A stretch of DNA of 64,000 nucleotides, taken from Aplysia californica. Taxonomy: Eukaryota. The translations under genes and the position numbers were made by a program. Under the pieces are notes generated by a model. The model saw nothing but the letters and a program-made list of their open reading frames with translations, made no database searches and was not told the DNA's origin. Location of the stretch: NCBI RefSeq assembly GCF_000002075.1, contig NW_004797346.1, positions 478,986 through 542,985 of the forward strand, in the 5' to 3' direction. The stretch's first letter is position 1, and every line of letters begins with the position of its first letter. Shown piece after piece: positions 53,201 to 63,392 of this stretch.

Positions 53201-56200
53201 TTACCATTACACTGCATCTGTTAGTCCAGTAAAATCATAGCCACAAAACCAACATGTTCAGTCAGATTTTAATTTTTCAATTAAATTGAAAAATGACATG
53301 CCTACTCCACAATTTTCAAGAATTCCTCCAAAAACAATTTTCTGTGTCATCCAATTTCAGCATACGAATTTAAGTTGAGAAAAGTTTTTAAAAACGTTCA
53401 ATGAATGAGTAGAAAGCCTATTTTACAGTATCCAGCAGAGTTCTGGACAATAAGTACGCACAGTACCTGAGTACCGAAATCACTAACTTTCATGCCTCTC
53501 ATGTTATCAAAAACTGTCACCTCAACGTAAAGCTAAAAAACTTACTCGTAGCCTTGCATCATCATACAATCTCCCTTTGTCGTAGACTCTGAGGTTCACA
53601 GTGAAAAATCCAGACATCTGAGGTTTAAAATACATGTTGGTCTTCACCGAACCATTACGAAAGAGCTTGAACGGTTCTTTGACTCCCAAATCCTCCAATT
53701 CTTTCTTCAGTGCAGCGGGGTGAGCTTCAAACTCAGATGTAATTTCAAAGTAATCGATACCCCATAAGGCAGTATCTTTGTCCTCTACATCATTCTGTGG
53801 ACGTTCACAATAAGATCATGATGAACTTTAGTGCTTAGTCACAATTGCAGAAATGAAGCTAGTGAATTTGTGAGAAGTTGGAGGGCACCATTGGTACCTC
53901 TACTTTTTTTTCTTTCTGTTGTTTCTGTCTGTCTATCTTGTTTTTTTCCTGCACTAAACGGCTGTTAATGAGCCCATGTGCTTCTCTTTCAAAATAAAAA
54001 TAACCATGGAAAAGTATAATGACAACAGCTTCATACAATGATTAACAATGGAAAGATTATGGAATATATATCAACTTTAAACGCTTCTCCGATCTATTTC
54101 AAAGCCAGATTGAGCATCTTGTTTGTTGGCCTGCCAGGACAATTTCAATTTATTTCTACTACCTAGATGAAAACCAACACATTTTATGGTAAATATTCAC
54201 AATTTCTAAATATTTCTGGAAATATGATCATATGAATTCCTCTTTGATGTTTAAGGAAACATTTATATAACAGCAGGACACAGGAAAACTCTATCCTTGG
54301 AACCAGGTCGGATCGTCAACAACAAGTTATAGGATTTCCATAAATTGCTGGATTTCAAACAATAAGGTTAAGAAATCATCAGACAGAAACCTAAAGAAAG
54401 ACATAAATCAAGATATAAAAAGCACAAGTTTGGATCATTCTATGAAACTCCATATCTGGAAAGTTCCACAAAGTTGCAGCTCTTGCATTAGGGGTTCCTG
54501 GCAACTTACCCTCAGTTCTAAGATGAACTTCCCAAACTGGGTGACACGAGTCACACCCAGGGCAAGATCTTTGGTTCTGAACACTGGGGGGTTGTCATTG
54601 ATATCCGTCACCTGAGGAACAGAGTTGGGTTCACATGACACTCTCAAAAACAGTGTGTAAAAGTAGGTGCATGAGATTCTTGCATTTCAAATTGGTGGAC
54701 ATCGCTTATTTCAGATGAGGGTATATTTAAGAAGAGTGCCACACTATTTTAGAAAATCAATTATATAAACAGCTGTTTCTCAGATATACCAGACCTTTAT
54801 AACAAATTAGGCACTGATTGTATCAGCCCACTATTGTGTGACTGATACTGTTGGCTGTACAAGTCTTCAACCAATTTTTTAGTTATAGGCTGATGATTCC
54901 CAGGCAATGACATTCAAAACAAAAAAATTGAACAAAAGACATTTATCCTTTGGCTGACCCATAATACTGGGTCACATGATCAGTGAACTGTGTGTGCATT
55001 GCTTTTTAAATGGGTTCAGCAGCTCAGATGTTTTTTTCCCACTTTGACTCAGTGATATTTATGGAAGGTATTGGACATTTTTAGCTAGACAAAAAAGTCA
55101 ACGATTTTGTTTTAAAAAATACAGAGATTCCTAATCTCCAAACACAAGGGTCTACATAACACTGAATGATGGAATTTTTTAAAACCCTAGCCACAAATGA
55201 TGAAATACACCAATAAAGCTCAACTTTTTTCATGAAAAGTAGAAAAAAGAAAGAATAAGTCTTTTTCTATCACCTGTAGATCCAGACATGGCTATTTGGA
55301 AACAAAATCACTGGCACCACTTGAATTTTTTTCAGGAATGATAAACATTTTCCATCTTCCCAAAAATGTAGGAACTGCTGCTGTTTGTAAAACGTGCTAA
55401 TATCTTGTTCTTTGCACGGTAGACAGTGAACAGTGTAAACGAGTACAAAAATTGTTTGTCAAATAACAAAGTGACCTAAAAAATAAACTTACCTGCAATT
55501 TAATCCAGGTTTTATTTGTGTGAGCAGGTCTGTACATGGCAGGGAATAAATCACCAATTCCCATTGAGATCATCTGAGTAGGAATGTCAGACCTGAACCA
55601 AGAAATCCAACAGTAACATCATTATCATTATTCTTAAAATGGGCTTTCTCATGAAATCCCCATCACTCTCATGAGAGCAGCCCATGAATATGTACAATAG
55701 ACAGCTATCTTGGCATGTTCAACTTTTTGCAAATATAAACATTTCCTGTCAACAAGTGATTCTATATATTATGAGCCTCAATTTTCTAAGAGCAAGTAAA
55801 CACAAAGCTTTTCAACGACAGAGAGAGGAGAGAAATTTGGCCATTAACACCCCCTTCCGACCCCAAGAAGAGACAGGAAAGGGAACCGACACAGCCACAT
55901 AAAAGAAAGTTCACATATTATTTATGTACAACTTGTGGTCTCACCTGTAACATTCCTCCAGGGCCAGAATAACAACGTTAACATACGGAGTTGTCTCCCG
56001 ATCCAGCGGAGTTTTCAAACACAACTGACCGTCCTGTCTGCCCAGAGTGAACTTGTCTGGTACATCCACTCCTGTCCACGAGAACATCAGACAAGACGAC
56101 TTTAGCATTTCCCTCTTTACTCCCTTAGAGTTTGTGACCAGCAAATGAATCAACCTCTCCCACCTATCCCCAAACCAACTTTCTGTAACACGCTAGCAAA

Positions 56201-59200
56201 CACATGCACTTACTAAACATACATAGGCCTACATACAAGTGCATGCACATCGCGACATCAATGCAGTGAACATGCTTGCAAGCAGCTTGGTATTAATGGC
56301 AATGCAGCTTTCTGCATTTCATGAAGTGAACAGTTTGCTCTTTTCTATTTTAAAGAAATCTTTCTTTTTATTCTACCATATTGAAGCGTTTTCAATTAAA
56401 TCAGCATGAGATCTAGCAAATCAGAGAACAAATTTTGGAGCATCCATTACTGCTAGAATTCCAAGACAATCCTAGATAAGTTTATATCGCTTGTGAAACG
56501 ATAGTCTCAGCACACTTGTCTAGATAAATGATTAATTCAGGCATCTTCTTTTCTATTCGTCATTTCGCTGATTGTTTTCTCCATTTAGGACTTATTCATC
56601 ACCAAGGAAAGCATTTTAGTTTTTAACACTATTTGTAACAATAGACATGCTGAACTGGTTGATAAATTGTCAATACCGGTATTTAATATTCTTTAGAGAC
56701 AAAGTAATAAGATAAGAAAAGATAAGATAAGTTAAGATACATCTTTATTGTCCAAATCCTGGCACATCGNNNNNNNNNNNNNNNNNNNNNNNNNNNNNNN
56801 NNNNNNNNNNNNNNNNNNNNNNNNNNNNNNNNNNNNNNNNNNNNNNNNNNNNNNNNNNNNNNNNNNNNNNNNNNNNNNNNNNNNNNNNNNNNNNNNNTGC
56901 ATAATATAAATGACCAGCAATATAAAAAATAATAATCGTAGGCTAGATACACACTCAATGTTATTTTGATGCATGCTCTAAGGTCGTAAGTATACTTATA
57001 CAAGATGGTTAAGATGGAAGCATTTTGATAGACGATGATAAAAATGACCTTCTATATCTTTCTTTGTTACAGATCAGAAGCCTAGGTCTTTTACTTTTGA
57101 CTGATGTTTTTATTTGAAGGAACAAGGGAAGTTTGTTGTCTAAAAAGATGGAATTAATTTTTTTAGTGCAAGCTGTTATGTACAATTCATCCAAGTAGGG
57201 GAATGTAGATGTTGAAATTTTTTATGCTTTCCATGTTAGTCGAAATAATTTTTCTTTATCTTATTGTCTTGTGTTCCCGGCCCATGCTGTTATTCAAAAA
57301 TTTATCATACTTTCTAATGCCAAATTAAGAATGAATACACAGTAAACATAGGCCATTATGAAAAGTCTGTCAATAAAATAGCTGAGCATGGTGTTCAGAA
57401 ATAAGATCATAATAGGACAGTCTCACCTATCAAGTAGTAGCAGATGACAGTGAAGGTAGTGTTCAGATCTCGGTCAATGGCCAGGCTCACATTGGCACAG
57501 CTCGTCTCATTCTCCTTCATCCTGATTACATGTGGTGCCGACAGACCCACAAATTCTGGCTTATGGTCATTTTTGTCTTGTACTACCACAATCAAGGTCA
57601 AGGATGTCTTCGCAGGCGTTGGGAAACCCTGGTCAGCAGCTTGCACACGTAACTGATGGGAAACAATTAGACTGAAGGTGAGACGAATTTGGCACTAATC
57701 TTGTTAAGGCTCCTTTTTGATAGATTTCAGTTGGAACATTAATTGTCTTAACGTACACCGACAGCAATAAGACTGAAACAGCATTGAGAACAACTGTCAA
57801 CAAGAAACCACTGAAAAAACTGTCAAGAGACTAAGTTCAATTGGATAAAATAGGTTGGACATCACAGTCAGTCAGCCAGATTACAGTTACACGCAGTCAG
57901 GTTGAAACTCAAGATCTCCAAAGATAATTTAAGCATTACATTACCAAATCCTTGAAAAGAGACAACCACCACATATGATGAGCCCTCCACACACAATGTC
58001 ATGGTCTTGGAAATATGGAAATATATACTCACAAACACATACATATACCGGAAAAAAAATAGAAGGTACAATAATAAAACGAAAACTTTCAGAATAATAC
58101 TCCTGACCACTGTAAACAATAAAAATAAGACATTATGGCAAGGGTACATGAATGGTTTCCAACTGTATGTTCAACATGTATTTTTTTTCAATGAGCTTCT
58201 CCTGCAATTTCGTCAAGGCAACGGGTTTAAAACCATTTTGGAAAATGACCTGTACCAGCTACCATGGAGAATCTTCGTGATTCTGAAAACTTTCTACACA
58301 CAATTTCAAACGAAGATCAGGAGAGAAATCTATGCTGCTTTACAACATTTGCTAAAAGGGAGAATACAGAGTCCTGCGTTAATGGTATTTAATTTAAAAT
58401 ATTGTCATCGATTAGACATTGCCATTTCTGATGGCTTTACCTTTCTCTTGATTTTTTAAAAGCTTTTCCTTTTCTTGCCTATATCTTCATCTGACTTACA
58501 AATGACATCCTGGTCAGAAAAAGATTGATGGAAATATAAAGCCCTGTAGATGAGAGCTATTATAACCAGAAACAGTACTCACTTCATAACGGGACTGAAG
58601 TTCAGCATTAACTTCTAGCACGGTTGTGATGATCCCGGTGACAGCATCAACAGCAAACTGACTAGAACCGTCCATATCACTGTTGGGTAAGGGCAAGATG
58701 GAGTAGCGGACCACACCATTGTCCCCTGCATCATTGTCCTGTGCCTCCAGCTGGAACACAAAGGTACCAGTCTCCGAGTTCTGTGAAAGAGAAATAAAAC
58801 ACAGCTTGCAAAAGCAAAACAAAACAAAAGTTGAATTAAAAGTGTGAAAGTTTTGTTCCCTCAGTTTATTTTGAGTATGGCACAAATACATTTCAAATTC
58901 CCTAAAATCAATTTCTGGAGACCATTCATTTTCGCACTGATTAAGCAACTTTTAACAAATGGGACTTATTGGAATGATTCCAATAGTAGAAACCTAACTC
59001 ACAGATACTCTTTCCTCCCCTGTACAGGAAAACGAAATATCAGCTGTATAAGAAACTGTATTTTCTAAACAAGTGGCAAATGTTCAAGTTATCTTTGATC
59101 TTTGTAATCTTTTGTTGTATTTTGACCTCCTTTCATGACTGTGACCTGACACTGGCACAATTTCTTCACAATAATATAATAACAATATGTACGCATTGTT

Positions 59201-62200
59201 CATAATGCAGTTTTCTTTTTCTTTTTTTTTCTAACTTCCGAAATCAAGACTTTCATTCAATAATTTTTAAATGCATAAATATTTTTACCATTACTGTGAA
59301 CACCTTTTACCTTGTGGAAATCGATTTTGTCCAAACACTGAGAAAAATTCAGGAGGCAAATGGCGAACTGCACATAAAACACGCATTAAAGATTAGCTTT
59401 GCTACCATACCTCCATGACATAGGCCACATCATTGTCCTGACTTGGCTTGACAAAGCGGGGTGTTTCATCATTCACATCCAGAACCTGAATGACCACTTG
59501 CTTCTCAGTTCCCGCCGGCCCTCCAGGATTGCTAGCCACCACAGTGACATAGTAGAATCCTGAGTAGCCACTGAGGCCAATTGAAGCAGAGATAACACCT
59601 GCAGAGCTGATCTGGAATAGGGGTGAGCCTGTCACTGATGTAGCATTAGTGTCATCTCCCAGGGAGAAACTGAAACAAGAAAAACACAAACAAGACAAGA
59701 CAACATAAGAACATGCTTTATTTATCCTCTTCTGGAAGAAAAGAAGGGTGAGTGAGATTTCATCAGTTTCTGTGACACAAAATATATGTATTGTGCACAA
59801 AGTATGGTACAGCAGCCTAGTAAAGTTTATAGCCCTAAGCTCTTCAGCTAACTTCTATTCTTATAACAGTGTCTTACATGTGAAAATCATAAAGTAAAAA
59901 TTCTGTAGCACAAAAAAATTATGTTATCAGGTAGAGTGGGTTCTAACAAAGTGTTTTCCAAGGCAGAAATCACTGTATAATTTACCATATGAAAAATACC
60001 TATCATCTCTAATTAAATAAAAAGGAAGAATGACAAAATACATGCCATTCCAGACATATTTATTCCACTTACATTTACAAATCATGAGCAATTAACAAAA
60101 CAATCTTTTAAAAAGCAAATACATTCAAGAAGAAAATATCACATTTTCCGTCCGTATCCCCCACCCTATCCCCCAGCGCATCAAATCAGGCTACCTCTTT
60201 ACGCCAAGCTCAAGATTTATTAAAGTAATTAGTGAAGTATAAAAAAAGAGTATATCACCGTCTTCCCATCTTAATCTGCTACAATGACGAACAGGCCTCG
60301 GAGATCTAAGAAGAATCTAAGGAGGTGGTAAATAAGGGGAGGAGAGAGAACGAGAAGGAATTAGAAGAAAAAGAAGCGCAACAGCCAAAATGATGAGGTA
60401 GAGAATCAGAAGTAATGTGAATCTCACAGGATTTTTCCACTGTCTGTAGTAGGATCATCTTTGTCATTGGCGACCACTGTGGCAACATTCTGCCCACCCT
60501 GGAAGGATTCTGGTACTGTCGGCTTGTCTGGAATGACCTGAGTGAACTCTGGTTGGTTGTCGTTCACATCTTTGATGACCACCGTTATGCGAGACCTAGG
60601 AGTTAAGAAACAGTTTGAAGTAAAGCAATCAATAGATAATCATCAACACCTCTTCTGCAGATGGGTTTAGGAGCCTTTACCATCTCAAGAGAGGCACTGC
60701 AAAAGTAAACATTCCCTTCTCTTTTGGGCAATGTGATGACACAATGAGAAAAAACACACAACTATCAAGAGTACATTAATTAGAAAGGATCAGGCTCTGA
60801 GTAGCAAGATTAATTTATCAAAACAAAACCTATGGCTTAAAGCTGCACAATTAAAGACACGAAGAATAGGAGACTCCAGCACTTACGAAATAGTCGAACA
60901 CTTGTATTTCAGATGAATAAAAAGATTAGCAGTAAACTCTCATTCCTGCATCTGACTACGTTATACCTTGCACTTTCACTTTCTTCCGGGTTGAGCATGG
61001 AGTCAGTTGCCTCCACCTCAAACTTGTAGAGAGCCTTCACTTCTCTGTCCAGCTCTTTAGCAACGGAAATTTCACCCTGAAATAAAAGAGGTATTAGTTG
61101 AAACATAAATGTTCTTCCAAACACTCAGTGCTGTCAATAGCGTCCGTTATTTATAATAAATTAAAGTTTTAGGAGAGACAAATGTATTGTTGTCTAAAAA
61201 ATATAATAGATCAAGCAGTAGAACTTACCTTAATCATGGGAAATAAACAATATATTATATATCAACAATCCTCAATAGAATACAGAAAAAAAAATTGCAT
61301 GTTAAAATAGCCTCTAATTAAGTATGCTTAAAATTCTCTAAGTAGAAGAAAGTAAATGGTTGATTGTACCACTTCTTATGACCGTAACATATCATTGTTG
61401 ATGTTGATGTATTGATTGTGGCTGCTCTTGTTCTTGATGCGACAAGATTTATTCATACATCTTCAATTTAAACATTGGTCTAGAAAGCTCTTTCCTTCTT
61501 CCCCAAAGTACAAACAAATCTTGAACATAAAATTTTACTTTGTGAAAGGAACATTCTCCTCTTCATCAATTCAAACTGAACTATGATTGGTGTGCATTTG
61601 CACACATTATTTGAGCATATAGATACCTTTAGATCACATTTTCCAGATATTTCTAAAGTCAGGGCACCTAACAGTCTCAAGTAAATATAAAACTTAAAAT
61701 GAGGCTCTATTGTACGATCAGTATGTCCACAAGCAAAGATCTAGAAAGCATATTTTGGAAACAAAAGCCTTTTGTTCTTTTATCTGGGCAGAACAATATG
61801 GAGCAAACAAAAACTGCAATAATTTAACAATAATTCACATTTATGTGTTTCCCTCAAAGATATTCCCAAAACACACCAAATTTACAAAGGCTTCCATAAA
61901 TTGTCAACCACTAAAATGGGGTTTGCTTTTTTAGAAAGGTAAGAAGAAACAGACTTAAAGTAGTTACCGTATCCTCATCAATAGCAAACATTCCATCTTC
62001 AGTGTCTGGTCCAACTAAAGCATAGTGAACTGTACCAAAGTCTCCATCATCTAAATCAGTGGCTGTGATACGAGTCACTGGGAAGCCAACAGCAACATCC
62101 TCCGCCACTTCAAAATTGACCTTATGGTTGGGGTCAAAGATGGGAGCATTGTCGTTTGCGTCCAGAACCACGATGGTCACAGTGGCCGTCGACGACAATG

Positions 62201-63392
62201 GCTGGACTCCATTGTCTGTGGCGATCACCTCAAACTCCACCTGATCATCCTTTTCCCTGTCCAGCTCGTTTTTGAGACGTATTGTGCCTGAGGGAGGGAC
62301 AATCAATAGGCCTACTACTCTGCAGAAAACAAGGTCGCACTTCTATTGCTGTTCATATCAGTCTGGCATCTTGTGGGCACCAACCGTAGTAGAGTAATGG
62401 TCACAAACAAAAAAGGAGGACTTAGGGGGAAACTTTTGTTGTTGTAAGAGTCTTCATCTCTCTGTCTCTGGGATTTTATACTGCCCACATTTGTCCTGAC
62501 AGGTAACACGTACGTACGGTTGAAGCATCTTGCCTCTGAAATAATCTACATTGAGTGTTTTGTTTTCTAACAATAATATGGATTCCTTTTCTTAATTCTC
62601 CAATCTTATTTCATTGTGAAGTGCCTAAAGCCACCAGGAAGTTAGCACAATTGAAAAGATCTTTATCAATATCATTAGGCCTATTATGATGATGATGAAG
62701 ATGTGAGTCCTTGGAAACTGAAAATTTACAATCTTTGTGCCTTTAACCAAGGCGTTTCAGTAAAATCCACACAGAAATGTGTTTTTACACTGACATAAAA
62801 GATGCTGAGACAAAAAACAAAAACTAGATAAAAATTACAAAACCGACAGAAAAATGCTGTACTCTTCAAGTTAATTATTTCGACGATTTCTCGATTTCCC
62901 CACGTCACCTCACAAATGTGTTTTTAAATGGACATAAAAGATGTTGAGCCAAAAAACAAAACTTGATTAAATTTGTCACACACATAAAAAAAAGGCCATT
63001 TTCTTCGTTTTCATTAAGTTGAAAACAGCCTGATTTCACCATGTTGCCTCACAATAAAAGATGTTGAGCCAAAAAATCAATAAATAAATAAAAATTACCA
63101 AACAGACAGAAAAATGCTGTTTTCTTTGATTTCAAAACAAAGCCTCACAATGACAGATTTCAGTGAAGAGATCTAAAAAATTTCTTACCATCATTGCTGA
63201 TGGTGAAAGCATCAAAAGTGGCCGTTCCGATACTGTATGTGATGACCTGTCCATCATCGGCGTCAGTGGAGGACACTTGGAGCACGATTGACTGCAGGCT
63301 CTCAGACTCTGGCACATCTACTGTGTAACCACCTGGCTGAGAAAACTGGGGTGCGTTGTCATTGCTGTCGCTTAGAGTCACCGTCAGAGTTC
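33201..63392 (-). CDS. Cadherin-23-related non-classical cadherin, 3' portion (20 coding exons, ~1150 aa; 5' end outside window)
   Basis: Spliced translation gives repeated cadherin motifs (DxNDNxPxF, PE/AE/ME, DxD, LDRE) forming 6 full EC repeats. These are followed by ISLINDDQRLIIIF...TDMFIHGED...IIDQKSALLISLLNDYNVLQVI (membrane-adjacent domain as in CDH23), TM MALILVSVVLGSICVILAIILYY, YQRKLKAATA, IPGTNIHSFENANPIFL and C-terminal LTDL*. All 19 introns are GT-AG with consistent phases; summed exon length is 3458 nt (2 nt + 1152 codons including the stop). Confidence 0.93.
39240..39290 (-). CDS. cadherin cytoplasmic micro-exon (phase 2-2): NANPIFLEKMMLDNNEDG
   Basis: ttctttctccag acceptor, GG|gtaggt donor; completes the xANPxxL motif. 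Confidence 0.86.
41946..42135 (+). mobile_element. retroposon family B (probably a LINE 3' UTR remnant) sharing the SINE-A 3' tail
   Basis: Pyrimidine-rich body + GGCGCTCATATGACCTTATGCAGTTGCGAGCGCTGTAAAAC + (CTAAAA)n; related copies at 17225-17395, 3255-3385, 46095-46215. Confidence 0.8.
44213..44263. repeat. (TA)n microsatellite
   Basis: direct inspection. Confidence 0.96.
44654..44717 (-). CDS. cadherin cytoplasmic micro-exon (phase 1-2): EPKESDLYKADIPGTNIHSFE
   Basis: ttttttcag acceptor, AA|gtaagc donor; PxTNxxSF motif. Confidence 0.88.
45720..46016 (+). repeat. unclassified interspersed repeat Y, copy 1
   Basis: gaaggaggtgggg.tcgcct...aatccacacagaaatgtgtttt...gacat...gttga...cctgatt.cacca shared with 50947-51235 and 62762-63125. 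Confidence 0.7.
46095..46215 (-). mobile_element. retroposon family B copy (diverged, intronic)
   Basis: ttagaggtgttattagagagtaac...gataggaaagaaggagcaaacc matches family B. Confidence 0.65.
47362..47402 (-). CDS. cadherin juxtamembrane micro-exon (phase 2-1): YQRKLKAATAMAY
   Basis: attcccag acceptor, G|gtaagt donor; RKLKAA motif typical of CDH23-related cadherins. Confidence 0.88.
47616..47872. mobile_element. mariner-type MITE (intronic)
   Basis: TA|TGAGGGGGTGAGATGCAAAACCCGCTA vs rc TA|TGAGGGGCTGAGATGGGAATCCCGCTA; TA TSD. Confidence 0.75.
48056..48183 (-). CDS. cadherin transmembrane exon (phase 0-2): PTYKENLDDGLEDKLKMALILVSVVLGSICVILAIILYYTYK
   Basis: ttctcttctctag acceptor, AG|gtaaag donor; ~23-residue hydrophobic stretch followed by basic residues. 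Confidence 0.92.
48590..48753 (-). mobile_element. SINE family A, internally deleted copy (head fused to tail) in a cadherin intron
   Basis: tRNA head to ...aaaattgtctcc joined directly to tail tcatatgacc..gc..tgcgagtgccataaaacac; the central body is absent. Confidence 0.85.
49063..49129 (-). CDS. cadherin exon (phase 2-0): IIDQKSALLISLLNDYNVLQVI
   Basis: ttctgtttcag acceptor, ATA|gtaagt donor; YNVL motif as in CDH23 LFRNYNVLDV (recalled). Confidence 0.9.
50667..50735 (-). CDS. cadherin exon (phase 2-2): TDMFIHGEDFETNEVIPAARLL
   Basis: atttttcag acceptor, AG|gtaggt donor; fits the T-E/D-x-x-IH...TN.. segment of the membrane-adjacent domain. Confidence 0.87.
50947..51235 (+). repeat. unclassified interspersed repeat Y, copy 2
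   Basis: Diverged match to 45720-46016. Confidence 0.65.
51948..52034 (-). CDS. cadherin exon (phase 2-2): RLSDKLNYRIVVDSIQTHETETGAADLA
   Basis: tctttccag acceptor, AA|gtaagt donor; fits the membrane-adjacent domain pattern. Confidence 0.88.
52568..52656 (-). CDS. cadherin exon (phase 0-2): ISLINDDQRLIIIFRRSIDSVGPLKDEIV (start of membrane-adjacent domain)
   Basis: tttttgtcag acceptor, AA|gtgagt donor; DDQR motif as in CDH23 IYILRDDQRVKIVI (recalled). Confidence 0.9.
52869..53028. mobile_element. Tigger-like MITE (intronic)
   Basis: TACAGTGGATCCTCTTAAAC / rc TACAGTAGAGTCCACTTAAAAC. Confidence 0.55.
53546..53794 (-). CDS. cadherin exon (phase 0-0): NDVEDKDTALWGIDYF...PFKLFRNGSVKTNMYFKPQMSGFFTVNLRVYDKGRLYDDARLR (last EC)
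   Basis: gtccacag acceptor, CGA|gtaagt donor, 83 stop-free codons; resembles the terminal EC of CDH23-type cadherins (GYFVV..ARD..G, recalled). Confidence 0.9.
54510..54611 (-). CDS. cadherin exon (phase 0-0): VTDINDNPPVFRTKDLALGVTRVTQFGKFILELR
   Basis: ttcctcag acceptor, AGG|gtaagt donor, DINDNPPVF linker. Confidence 0.93.
55493..55592 (-). CDS. cadherin exon (phase 2-0): SDIPTQMISMGIGDLFPAMYRPAHTNKTWIKLQ (loop insertion in penultimate EC)
   Basis: tcttggttcag acceptor, CAG|gtaagt donor; required to bridge phase 2 to phase 0; stop-free. Confidence 0.85.
55945..56071 (-). CDS. cadherin exon (phase 1-2): GVDVPDKFTLGRQDGQLCLKTPLDRETTPYVNVVILALEECY
   Basis: ggacag acceptor, AG|gtgaga donor, LDRE motif. 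Confidence 0.9.
56700..57295 (-). mobile_element. decayed 3' end of a Rex1/Babar-like LINE (intronic, spans a gap)
   Basis: Minus translation ITAWAGNTRQ*DKEKLFRLTWKA*KISTSTFPYLDELY...CNKERYRRSFLSSSIKML resembles the post-RT C-terminus of Rex1/Babar; tail GGACAATAAAG..(TCTTA)n. Confidence 0.7.
57427..57652 (-). CDS. cadherin exon (phase 0-1): LRVQAADQGFPTP...QDKNDHKPEF...DRDLNTTFTVICYYLI
   Basis: cccatcag acceptor, G|gtgaga donor, AxDxGxP and DKNDHKPEF motifs. Confidence 0.93.
58583..58780 (-). CDS. cadherin exon (phase 0-0): NSETGTFVFQLEAQDNDAGDNGVVRYSIL...FAVDAVTGIITT...RYE
   Basis: ctttcacag acceptor, GAA|gtgagt donor, DNDAGDNG motif. Confidence 0.94.
59411..59669 (-). CDS. cadherin exon (phase 2-0): FSLGDD...LFQISSAGVIS...VLDVNDETPRFVKP...VME
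   Basis: tgtttcag acceptor, GAG|gtatgg donor, DVNDETPRF linker. Confidence 0.93.
60428..60595 (-). CDS. cadherin exon (phase 2-2): SRITVVIKDVNDNQPEFTQVIPDKPTVPES...NDKDDPTTDSGKI
   Basis: cctag acceptor, CT|gtgaga donor, DVNDNQPEF linker; this frame is missing from the ORF track. Confidence 0.92.
60967..61076 (-). CDS. cadherin exon (phase 0-2): GEISVAKELDREVKALYKFEVEATDS...
   Basis: tttcag acceptor, AG|gtataa donor, LDRE motif. Confidence 0.92.
61968..62287 (-). CDS. cadherin exon (phase 1-0): GTIRLKNELDREKDDQ...DANDNAPIFD...DLDDGDFG...FAIDEDT
   Basis: ccctccctcag acceptor, ACG|gtaac donor, LDRE and DxNDNAP motifs. Confidence 0.95.
62762..63125 (+). repeat. unclassified interspersed repeat Y, copy 3 with internal tandem units
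   Basis: ataaaagatg(c/t)tgag.caaaaaa unit occurs three times (~62795, 62934, 63054). Confidence 0.65.
63189..63392 (-). CDS. cadherin exon (phase 1-1): TLTVTLSDSNDNAPQFSQPGGYTVDVPESE...DADDGQVITYSIG...ISND
   Basis: ttctgtag acceptor, G|gtaag donor, DxNDNAPxF linker. Confidence 0.93.
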
